Source: Anaerolineae bacterium
GTDB lineage: Bacteria > Chloroflexota > Anaerolineae > J102
DNA: 64,000 bases
Direction of reading: 5' to 3'
NCBI GenBank assembly: GCA_026991225.1
Contig: JALXCB010000046.1
Location: forward strand, 5,147-69,146
A model generated the notes under the pieces. That model made no database searches. It was given only the letters and a program-made list of their open reading frames with translations, and was not told where the DNA came from. Each line of letters opens with the position of its first letter. Within the stretch, counting starts at the first letter, position 1. The position numbers were made by a program, and so were the translations under genes. Below are positions 36,439 through 44,939 of the stretch, piece by piece.

Positions 36439-39400
36439 ACCACCACCTCCCCCGCCACATCCAGAAAACACACCACCGCCCGCGGGGTCACATCCAACAA
36501 TGCGCGCACCGCCTCGGCATAGCGCCGCACCTGTTCGTCGTAGCCCTTCTCGGCGATAATCGCCTCCATCTCCGCCCGGTCCCGCGCCCGATCCGTCTTG
36601 AAATCCACCAGGGTCCAGTCCTCGCCCGTGCGGTAGAGCAGGTCGATGGTCCCGCGGGCGGGGACGCCGTCGGGATCGAGATAGGCGTAAGGGACTTCGT
36701 GCAGGCGCTGGTCCGCGGCCTGAATCTCGGCCCACAGGGCGCTCGCAGCCAGGTTGCGCAGCAGACGCCGGGTCCGCCACAGCGCGTTGCGGATCATGCC
36801 GGGGTCGCTGAGGCCCAACCCCCGGGCGCTGGCCTCCAGCCAGGCGTCGAAGTTGGGCGCGTCGGGCATACGCTCCAGCTCGATGGCCCGATGCGCGAGC
36901 TTGCCCACCATCCACGCCGGGGCCCAGGCCCGCGCGCCCTCGGGCGGGAAGATGCGCCACACCCGGCGCTCGGGCTCCTGCTCCCGCTGGCGCGCGTCCT
37001 CATCCAGCGCGTCCTCGACCGGCTCGAAAGGCGCCAGCAGCTTGGGTTGGAAGGGCGGGGGGGCGAGGGCGTCGGTCTCGGGCGTGTACGTTCGCCGGGG
37101 CGCGGCCGCGTCCTCCACCCGCACGCATCGCACCGGCGCGCCCGCCATCCCCAAACGACAAATCTGCTCCCCCGCACCCTCCGCCTGGACGAAGGCATCC
37201 AGCTCCGGCAAAGCCAGCTTCAGCCATCGATACCAGCCGCCTTTGTTCCATCGCCCCACCACGCCATTGAGGATCAGGTGATCTTCGGCCCGGGTGGCGG
37301 CCACATAGAACAGCCGCTTGTCCTCGGCCTCCTCCTTGCGGGCCTCCATCCGTTGCAGAAGCTGATAAAACGCGGGTTTGGCTTCGTTTTCCGAGGACGA
37401 AGGGACCTTCCAGGCCATCCAGCCATCCGCGATGACCACGCCGCGGCCTCTTCGCGGAGCATAAGTGATATCGCCCAGCACGACGATGGGGAACTCCAGG
37501 CCCTTGGCCCGATGCACGGTCATGATCTGCACCGCGCCCTCGGCCACCACGGGCGCTTCGCCCTCGCGCACGTCCGCATCCCGGGCCAGATCGATCCACT
37601 CCAGGAACGAGGCCATGTGCACCAGGCCCGCGGCCTGCACATCGGCCAGGAGCTTGTTCACGTTGCGCACGGCCCGGCTTTGCCCCGCCCCGGCCAGAAT
37701 GGCCAGATAATCGGTCTCGTCCACATAGCCCTTGAGCAGGTCGGCCACGGGCGCGCGGCCCGCCATGCCGTGCAGCCGGGTTAGGAGCTCGCGGGCGAAC
37801 GTCAGGCGGGGGAGTTCGTCCGGAGGAAAGTCGTGGGGTGGGGTTTGGACGGCTGTCCACAAATCGTGACGTTTGACGTTTGACGTTTGACGAAGCCGCT
37901 CCCGATGCCGGGCGAGATGATAGAGCGCGACGTCGCTCAGGCCCAGACCGGGCGACCGCAAGGCCCCGACCAGGGCGACGTCGTCGGTGGGGTCGGCCGC
38001 AGCCCGCATGACGTTGGTCAGATCGCGGATCTCCGGGCGCTGGAAGAAGCCCCGCCCGGCTAGAGTGAGAAAAGGCACGCCCGCCGCGTCCAGCGCGTCC
38101 TCATACGCGGCGAAGCTGGTCGCCGCCCGGCAGAGGATGGCCGCGTCGCCGGGGGCGTAGCCCTGGTCGAACAACGCAATCAGCCGGTTGACCGCGGCCC
38201 GGGCCGCAATGGGCATGGCCTCCCCCTTGTTCCCCGCGGCCAACTGCACCTCGATGAAGGCGTCGGAGGCGATGCGGGGCGCGCGGTCGCGGGCGGACGT
38301 CAGCGGGGCGAACGCGGCTTCCCAATCATAGCGGGCCCGCCCCAACACCGGCTCCAGCAGGTCGTTGAGGCCATCGACCAGACGGGCGTGGGCGCGGTAG
38401 GTGGCGTTCAACCGGGCCACGCGCTTGCCCGCGGCCTCGAAGTCCCCCTCGGTGCGGGTGAACACCGCCACCTCTGCGCCGCGAAAGCGGTAGATGGACT
38501 GCTTGGCGTCGCCCACGAGAAAACGCACGCCCCGCCCGCCGTCCAGCAGTTCCAGCAGCCGGGCCTGGCGGGCGTTGGTGTCCTGGAATTCATCCACCAG
38601 CAGGGCCTGCACCTCTTCCCGCCAGCGCCGCCGCACCGAGGGATGATCCTCCAGCAGGCTCACGGCGCGGGTTTCCAGATCGTCGAAATCCAGAGCGTGG
38701 GCCTCGCCCTTGCGGGCCTCGTAAATGGCGAAGGCTTGCAGGGCCACGGCCCGCAGCGCCGCCAGCGCCCGGGCCGAGCGCGCGTCCTCCTCGTTCAGCC
38801 CCATGCTCAACCATGCGTTCTCCTTGCCGAAGAAGGGTTCGCGCAACGTTTTGAGCGCTTGCTGGATGGCGGTTTTCCCCTCGGGCCAGGCCTTTGCCGT
38901 CCCCACTCTGCTGTAATTTTTGATGCCAGCCAACAGGGCTGCGGCCCGCCGAAGCGCGTCGGCGTCCTGTCGATCCGACAGCCATTGCAGAGCTTCCCGA
39001 GCCGTCTGCACCAACATGGACAACTTATCGGATGGAACTCGGATGCGGGCTTGTTCTATCGCCGCGCGGGCGGCCTGCCAGTCGGGATCCGCCACGATCT
39101 CCTCCAGCCGCGCCCGCTGCATCCGGGCCAATTCGGTCTCCCACGCGGCCAGCAGGGCATCCGGATGATGGGGCATGGACGCTAGCAGCGCCCGCGCATC
39201 CACCCCCTGCTGCAACAATGCCGACAAAGCCCCGCGCACCTCGCTTTCCCCCACCTGTGCGAACAATCCGGCCAGTTCCGCCTGATTCGCTGCCCAAAAC
39301 AGGGCGTCTTCCACCGCCTCACGCTTCAGCAGGGCCATGCGCCCCTCTTCGATGACCTGAAAATCGGGATCGACCCGGGCCTCGACAGGGTGGGCGCGCA

Positions 39401-39749
39401 GGATCTCCTGGCAGAGGCTGTGGATGGTGCTGATGCGGGCCGCGTCGAGCTGCGAGGCGATGGCGTGCCAGCGTTCCCGTTCCGCGGGCTCCAGATCGGG
39501 GCGGGCGAGATAGGCCCACACCTGCTCGCGGATGCGCTTGCGCATCTCGCGGGCGGCCTTGCGGGTGAAGGTGATGGCCACGATGCCCCGCAGGGGCAGC
39601 CCTGCGGCCAGCAGGGCCAGAAAACGGGCAGTAAGGGCCCAGGTCTTGCCCGCGCCCGCGCCTGCGGTCACCAGCACATCGGTGGGGCCGAACGCGGCCC
39701 GGGTCTGGGCCTCGCTCAGCGTCAGGGATTGGAGGATGGGATGATGCAT
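36420..39749 (-). CDS. UvrD/AddA-type superfamily-1 helicase fused to a C-terminal PD-(D/E)XK nuclease domain
   Basis: 1109 aa. Walker A TAGAGAGKT. UvrD motifs. C-terminal ...GTIDLLYRTGEDWTLVDFKTD... AddA/AddB-type nuclease motif. No partner subunit adjacent. Contains an in-frame A-family repeat fragment at about 37858-37895. Confidence 0.8.
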   Translation of the reverse strand: MHHPILQSLTLSEAQTRAAFGPTDVLVTAGAGAGKTWALTARFLALLAAGLPLRGIVAITFTRKAAREMRKRIREQVWAYLARPDLEPAERERWHAIASQLDAARISTIHSLCQEILRAHPVEARVDPDFQVIEEGRMALLKREAVEDALFWAANQAELAGLFAQVGESEVRGALSALLQQGVDARALLASMPHHPDALLAAWETELARMQRARLEEIVADPDWQAARAAIEQARIRVPSDKLSMLVQTAREALQWLSDRQDADALRRAAALLAGIKNYSRVGTAKAWPEGKTAIQQALKTLREPFFGKENAWLSMGLNEEDARSARALAALRAVALQAFAIYEARKGEAHALDFDDLETRAVSLLEDHPSVRRRWREEVQALLVDEFQDTNARQARLLELLDGGRGVRFLVGDAKQSIYRFRGAEVAVFTRTEGDFEAAGKRVARLNATYRAHARLVDGLNDLLEPVLGRARYDWEAAFAPLTSARDRAPRIASDAFIEVQLAAGNKGEAMPIAARAAVNRLIALFDQGYAPGDAAILCRAATSFAAYEDALDAAGVPFLTLAGRGFFQRPEIRDLTNVMRAAADPTDDVALVGALRSPGLGLSDVALYHLARHRERLRQTSNVKRHDLWTAVQTPPHDFPPDELPRLTFARELLTRLHGMAGRAPVADLLKGYVDETDYLAILAGAGQSRAVRNVNKLLADVQAAGLVHMASFLEWIDLARDADVREGEAPVVAEGAVQIMTVHRAKGLEFPIVVLGDITYAPRRGRGVVIADGWMAWKVPSSSENEAKPAFYQLLQRMEARKEEAEDKRLFYVAATRAEDHLILNGVVGRWNKGGWYRWLKLALPELDAFVQAEGAGEQICRLGMAGAPVRCVRVEDAAAPRRTYTPETDALAPPPFQPKLLAPFEPVEDALDEDARQREQEPERRVWRIFPPEGARAWAPAWMVGKLAHRAIELERMPDAPNFDAWLEASARGLGLSDPGMIRNALWRTRRLLRNLAASALWAEIQAADQRLHEVPYAYLDPDGVPARGTIDLLYRTGEDWTLVDFKTDRARDRAEMEAIIAEKGYDEQVRRYAEAVRALLDVTPRAVVCFLDVAGEVVVYRVNR

Positions 39750-39760
39750 CGAGTGCGGCG

Positions 39761-42700
39761 TCAGCGTCGGATCAGCGGCATGTAGAGCAACCGAAACGCG
39801 GGCGTGGGCGTCGGGGTGGGCGTGGGCCGCGGATTGAGAGTGAAATCCACCAGGAGCTTGGGGCGCTGCGCGGGCTCGCCGTTGTAGTCGCTGCTATACG
39901 CCGTGATATAGCGTTGGTCCGACACCCCCGTGAGGAGGATGCCGTAATTTTCCTCGGGATGGTCGCGCCAATAGGCCACCGCGTCGCTGATATCCCACAT
40001 GAGCCAGGAGTTGGCCGGGCTGTCGGGGATGGCGAGGACATCCAGCGCCTGGGGATCGTAGTCCACGCCCGGCTGCAATGCGCCCGGCTTGCCCCAGGTC
40101 GCGCCGGCATCCGCCTGATACCAGGTGGCGACATCGGGATTCCAGGGACGCAGCAGGCGATAGGCCGCGATCTTGAAGTCAGGACGGACATTGCTGACGC
40201 GCACATAAAGCGCCAACCGGGCCCCGGTGACCGTGGCGTCGTCAAGCAATCCGGGCATGTCGAAACGAAGCAGTGTGTTGCTGTACGCCCGTTCCCAGCC
40301 ATAGAGCACCTGTATAATCTCGTCGTTGCCATGAATCACGCGGCCATCCTCGCCCCAAATCGTGATGAAGGTGTCGGTGGCGCCATGATAGTCGTTGAGG
40401 CCATTTTGCAAGGCCAACGTGTCGCCCATCAGCCGAATCGTTCCCCAGATGGCGGGATTGCCCAACAAACGGCGATCCTCCATCATCAGGGTGTGACTCG
40501 CGCCCGGCCCGTCATGGTCCGCCAGTTCGATATTTATCCCCATGCTGTCATCCTGGGCGAAGGCGTCGCGACCCAGCCATGCCGCGGGGATGCCCAATTC
40601 GACGATCCAGCCCGTCTCACTACGCCCGACCGCGTGGGCGATGGCGGCGTTGGCCTCGGGCGAACCCGCGTCGAAGTCGCCATTCGCGGTCACGCTCAGC
40701 AGCAGATCGCCCTCGTTGCCCCAAATGTCATCGTCGAGGCCATCCAGCGCAAACCGCACGCCATCTTCCGGCCCAACGATGTCATCCGTAATCTCGGCCA
40801 TGAGGTAGAGCGCGTCCTCGGTCCAGCGGCTGTAGAAATTGGCCGAGAGTTGTTCGGGCGTGGGAGAGGGCTCGTCGCCCAGGACAGCGCTGGCGTTCTC
40901 GGCGTCGAGATAGAGCGCGCCGCCGTAGCGCCAATCCCAGATAGCTCCATCCACGGTGATGGGCGTCGACTGGGTGAGGCTGCCCAGATCGCGCCCGGGC
41001 CCGCGAAACCGCAGGATTTCACCGGCGTAGGTGGTGGCGAACCCGATTTTATCTTTGAAAAAGGCGATATCTGTGATGAGGGCGGATGTGGGGGCGTCCA
41101 CCTTTCGCCAGGTCGCGCCGCCGGTGTCGGTGTAGAGCAACGCGCCATCCTCGCCGCCCACCCAGCCGCGGCGGCTGCCCAGCATGGTGATGGTGTAAAG
41201 CGGGGGCGTGTCCGGAGGCAAGGATTGGGCGTAGCCGGGGTCTTCATTGCTCTGGGCGAAGAAAATCACGCCCGTATTGGGCAGGCATCGCTCCTCCGCC
41301 TTGTACCATGAACACCCTGCCAGCCAGCCCATATCCACGCCGCCATCCTGGTTTACATCCAGCGTCTCCACCCCAAAGAAAAACAGGCCCGCGTGCTCGG
41401 TGTAAGGCATCAACCGCTGCCAGCTCTTGCCCGCGTTGGTAGTAAAGCGATGCCCAAGATTCCGTTGGGCCGTCCAGCCTTCGTAGACGCTGGCCATAGC
41501 AATCTCCACATTGGCCGTGTTCCCTTCCACGCCGCTTTGCTTCCAGGTCTGTCCCCCATCGGTGGTGTAGAACATGGAGGGATTGGCGGCAGCATGACCG
41601 TTCATGGCGTCCACCATGTCCACGTCATACAGCCAGGGCCATTGCGCGCCGGGCGGATTCTGCCATTCCCAGGTGTCGCCGCCATCATGGGTCACATAAA
41701 GAATACCTGGATTGCTCGGCGATTGCCCTGCGATCCAGCAGTCGTTCACAGTGGGGCAGGAGATGCCCGAGATGATAGGCGATGTGGGGAATCTGCTGGT
41801 GAAATGACGCCAATGCCAGGTCTCGCCGCCGTCCAGAGAACGGCCGATGGCGCCGCCTGATCCCACCACGAACGCCACATCCTGACTGGGGGCCGCAGCC
41901 TCGTGCAAGATAGGATGCAGGCCGTAATCGCCCGCGACCGGCTCAAACGTCACGCCATCCTGACTGTGGGTGATGAAGAACGCCGCCGAATTCGCGTCCT
42001 TGACCGCGCCCGCGGCCCAGACGTTATCGCCGCCTCCGCTGAACACCGCCCACACATCCCTGGCGTCCTGGCTGAGAGCCGTTTGCACGGTCCAGTTTTG
42101 CCCGTCCGGGTTGGTGGCGATGACGCCATTGGCGCCACCCAGCACGCCGAAGCCGTCCCCCATGTGGATAGTGAGGATATCGGTGGCCAGCGCGCCGCCA
42201 TCCTTGCTGACCGTGATCTTCGTCCAGGTCTGGCCGCCATCGTCCGTACGATAGAGATTGCCCGCCTGTCCAGCCACATAGCCCGTATCCGCATCGGTGA
42301 AGAAAAGAGCGTTGATGCGGGCCCAGGCCGGGAAAGCGCCCGCGATGGAGGTCCAATGCGCTCCGCCGTCGGTCGTCTTTAGAAGCGCGCCTTTCTCTCC
42401 GGCGGCAAAGCCTGTTTGCGCATCCAGAAATTGCACCGCGTAGAGGGGGCCCGACGCGCCGCTGGATTGAGCCGACCAGGTCAGTCCGCCATCAGCGCTG
42501 TGGAGGATCACGCCGCCATCGCCCACAGCCCAGGCCCGACCATCGTCCAGCAGCCACACATCGTGTAGGTTCGCTCCGGTGGGCGAGGACGCGGCATCCC
42601 AGGAGAGGCCGCGATCCGTCGAACGATAGACCGCGCCCTGCGCGCCCACGGCCAGCGCCAGTCCCTCCCCATTCATGCTGACGCCTTCCAGGTCCTTCGC

Positions 42701-42979
42701 GGGGGAAAGGATTTCCTGATGCCAGGTTTCTCCCTGGTTTCGCGTGGTGAGCACGAGTCCTTCCTCGCCCACGGCGATGCAATCGCTCGCATTAGCGCAA
42801 TCGAAATCGAAGATCGCGCCCGATCCCCGCCAGATGCGCGCCCAGGAGCCGCCGGCGGCGTTGGGTGCGTCGGGCGCGTGGGCGGGGCGGGCGTCCGGAG
42901 CCGCCTGAACGTAGGGAAGCAGGGAAAACATGAGGGAGAGAAAAGCAATGGCTGAGAAGGCGAGCAGGTATTTTTTCAT
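39761..42979 (-). CDS. Large secreted BNR/Asp-box repeat beta-propeller protein with a C-terminal accessory domain and Pro-Thr linker
   Basis: About 1072 aa from the ATG at 42977-42979 (MKKYLLAFSAIAFLSLMFSLLPYVQA signal peptide). At least 10 S/T-x-D-G-G-x-T-W BNR motifs. PRPTPTPTPTP linker near the C-terminus. Confidence 0.7.
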   Translation of the reverse strand: MKKYLLAFSAIAFLSLMFSLLPYVQAAPDARPAHAPDAPNAAGGSWARIWRGSGAIFDFDCANASDCIAVGEEGLVLTTRNQGETWHQEILSPAKDLEGVSMNGEGLALAVGAQGAVYRSTDRGLSWDAASSPTGANLHDVWLLDDGRAWAVGDGGVILHSADGGLTWSAQSSGASGPLYAVQFLDAQTGFAAGEKGALLKTTDGGAHWTSIAGAFPAWARINALFFTDADTGYVAGQAGNLYRTDDGGQTWTKITVSKDGGALATDILTIHMGDGFGVLGGANGVIATNPDGQNWTVQTALSQDARDVWAVFSGGGDNVWAAGAVKDANSAAFFITHSQDGVTFEPVAGDYGLHPILHEAAAPSQDVAFVVGSGGAIGRSLDGGETWHWRHFTSRFPTSPIISGISCPTVNDCWIAGQSPSNPGILYVTHDGGDTWEWQNPPGAQWPWLYDVDMVDAMNGHAAANPSMFYTTDGGQTWKQSGVEGNTANVEIAMASVYEGWTAQRNLGHRFTTNAGKSWQRLMPYTEHAGLFFFGVETLDVNQDGGVDMGWLAGCSWYKAEERCLPNTGVIFFAQSNEDPGYAQSLPPDTPPLYTITMLGSRRGWVGGEDGALLYTDTGGATWRKVDAPTSALITDIAFFKDKIGFATTYAGEILRFRGPGRDLGSLTQSTPITVDGAIWDWRYGGALYLDAENASAVLGDEPSPTPEQLSANFYSRWTEDALYLMAEITDDIVGPEDGVRFALDGLDDDIWGNEGDLLLSVTANGDFDAGSPEANAAIAHAVGRSETGWIVELGIPAAWLGRDAFAQDDSMGINIELADHDGPGASHTLMMEDRRLLGNPAIWGTIRLMGDTLALQNGLNDYHGATDTFITIWGEDGRVIHGNDEIIQVLYGWERAYSNTLLRFDMPGLLDDATVTGARLALYVRVSNVRPDFKIAAYRLLRPWNPDVATWYQADAGATWGKPGALQPGVDYDPQALDVLAIPDSPANSWLMWDISDAVAYWRDHPEENYGILLTGVSDQRYITAYSSDYNGEPAQRPKLLVDFTLNPRPTPTPTPTPAFRLLYMPLIRR

Positions 42980-42984
42980 GCGGA

Positions 42985-43160
42985 TTTCCTTGTAAGATGT
43001 AACTGCTAACGTACTGGACTTTAGGCCGCCAAAAGCCACGAAGGCTCGAAGTTTTTCGAAGATACGAAGGAAACATAAAGAAAAATACGTCGTGCCTTCG
43101 CTTTTCTTCGTGTCTTCGTGGCAAAAAGTGGCGGCGACACCTTAGTAGTTACTGTAAGAT
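42985..43160 (-). repeat. Family C copy C2 (inverted; abuts the BNR gene start)
   Basis: Reverse complement of C1 with more than 85% identity. Confidence 0.8.
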
Positions 43161-43298
43161 TGAATGAAGCGGATCCGATCGACCGAACGACCAGACGACC
43201 AGACGACCGCGCGTCGAAAAGCCGGGCAAAAATAACAAGAACTCCTCGGAAACGCAAATTCCCCGCCGCGTTTCATTCCCGGCTTGATGACAATTTTT

Positions 43299-44243
43299 TC
43301 ATTCCCGCCCAAACAGCCAATCCAGAAACGAGCGCTTCTTCCTCGGCTCGGGCGTTGTCGCCGTCTCAGAAGCGGGTGCGGGGGGCGTCGCCGAGTCGGA
43401 TGGGGAGGGTTCAGGCGCGGGCATGGGCGTTTGGGCGGCCGCGGGCGCAGGGGGTCGGGCCTGAGGCGCGGGCGGGGAAGGCGTTGGCGTTGGAGTGGAA
43501 GCAGGCGCAGGGGCGGGCGGATAAGGAGGCTGGTAAGGAATCGCTGCCGCAGGGAAAACAGGTTGGCGCTGACTGCGCACCAGATCATCCAGTTGGCGCT
43601 GCAATTGAAACATGTACGCCTCCATCTGCCGCATCCGCTCCCGCTCATCCTCCCGATAGCGCTCCATCTCCCGTTTCATCTCGAAAATGCGCCGCTCGGT
43701 CTCCACCATGCGCTCCCGCAGACGTTTGTTCTCTTCCTTGAGATTCATGTTGTCCTGAATCACAATGCTCAGCAATTCCCGCTCGGTCTGCTGTCCCGTG
43801 ATGATCATTTGCTGGCTGCCCGATAGCGTCGAGATCATCTGCGCCATCATCCTTCCCAGATCCGCGGCATCCTCCCCCAACACCATCTCGCCTGCTTCCT
43901 CGCCCCGGGCGGGCTCCTCCGCCCTGACCGACCCGCCTTCCTCCTCGACCTCGCCTTCCACGACGGTCACCTCGGGTTCGAAATTTATCTCCAGCATCGC
44001 CGCCACCTGGTCGAAGGTGAGGCCCTGGCTGAGAAGGGTTTTGCAGCGGGCGAGCACGGCCAGGTCCTCGGGCGTGTAGCGGCGATGCCCGCGCGTCCCA
44101 TCGGCCGGGCGCAAGCCATGGGCCTGGGGCGACAGAAACGCGGCAAAGCGCCGCGACCATCGTCGCAGGGTGGACGCGGGAATGCCGAGGCGCTGGGCGG
44201 CCTCGGCGGGTCGGATCAAGGCGTCGTCTTCAGAGGACATCAA
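43299..44243 (-). CDS. MerR-family transcriptional regulator with coiled-coil and Pro-rich C-terminal region
   Basis: N-terminal ...AAQRLGIPASTLRRWSRRF... HTH. Long charged coiled-coil. PAPAP-rich tail. Confidence 0.7.
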   Translation of the reverse strand: MMSSEDDALIRPAEAAQRLGIPASTLRRWSRRFAAFLSPQAHGLRPADGTRGHRRYTPEDLAVLARCKTLLSQGLTFDQVAAMLEINFEPEVTVVEGEVEEEGGSVRAEEPARGEEAGEMVLGEDAADLGRMMAQMISTLSGSQQMIITGQQTERELLSIVIQDNMNLKEENKRLRERMVETERRIFEMKREMERYREDERERMRQMEAYMFQLQRQLDDLVRSQRQPVFPAAAIPYQPPYPPAPAPASTPTPTPSPPAPQARPPAPAAAQTPMPAPEPSPSDSATPPAPASETATTPEPRKKRSFLDWLFGRE

Positions 44244-44249
44244 CGGCTT

Positions 44250-44440
44250 CGCGTTCGTCTACAAAAGCTACTCGAAACCCACATTGGGCGAGGCTGCAAT
44301 GGGCGTAAAACGTCAAACGTGAAACGTCATGTCCTCACGCATCACGTTTCACTTGTCACGTCATCGGCTTCCCGAGCCGCTCTGGCCACAAGGCTTTTTT
44401 ATTCGTATCGGTGATCTCTCGCTCGCGTAGCCCGGTTTCG
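44250..44440 (+). repeat. Family A copy A6
   Basis: ...CCCACATTGGGCGAGGCTGCAATGGGCGTAAAACGTCAAACGTGAAACGTCATG...GGCTTCCCGAGCCGCTCTGGCCACA...TTATTCGTATCGGTG. Confidence 0.75.
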
Positions 44441-44448
44441 CGATGGGG

Positions 44449-44820
44449 TCAGGGAATCACCCGATAATCGGCGTCGATGACGTCCTCATTGGAGGAAGTC
44501 TTGGCTTTGGGCGCGTCGTCGGCCGGAGCCGTCGCGCCCTGCGCGGCCTGACGATACCTGGCCACGATGTCGTCGGGCGTGAGCATGATCATCAACTGGG
44601 AGAGCAAGAGCAATACCGCCGCGTCGTCCAGTTGCCCGAAACCGAGCAACACGTCGGGGATGACGTCGACGGGCGAGATCAGATAAATCAGCCCGATGAT
44701 GGGAATGCCATAGCGTACCAGGGCGCTGACGGATGGATCGCGGAAGAGCTGCCAGGAGAGCTTGAGATGGTCCAATAATTGGATGAAAGTAGATGCGTTG
44801 GTTTGGGTTTGTTGGGTCAT
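44449..44820 (-). CDS. DUF1232-family small membrane protein
   Basis: 123 aa. ...IPIIGLIYLISPVDVIPDVLLGFGQLDD... is typical of DUF1232/YkvA. Confidence 0.55.
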   Translation of the reverse strand: MTQQTQTNASTFIQLLDHLKLSWQLFRDPSVSALVRYGIPIIGLIYLISPVDVIPDVLLGFGQLDDAAVLLLLSQLMIMLTPDDIVARYRQAAQGATAPADDAPKAKTSSNEDVIDADYRVIP

Positions 44821-44939
44821 GAAACGAATACCTCTGAGCGTAGATGACAGAACTCATCCACCTATACGCCGATCATCATACCATGGTTTCAGGTCCCCGA
44901 CAAGGAAATCGCTCACGTGACCGAAATTCTGTGGTCGAA

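Noticed and set aside
34120-36960. 946-aa minus-strand ORF covering the DyP peroxidase and M20 dipeptidase genes
   Set aside because: The plus-strand genes have clear family motifs (GxxDG DyP motif; M20 metal-binding motifs) and an SD. The minus ORF is Arg/Gly/Ala-rich noise typical of high-GC antisense frames.
37858-37895. GACGTTTGAC x3 direct repeat considered as a possible CRISPR-like array
   Set aside because: Only three 10-bp units with no spacers, lying inside a long intact ORF. It matches an arm of the A-family repeat instead. No CRISPR array is present in the window.
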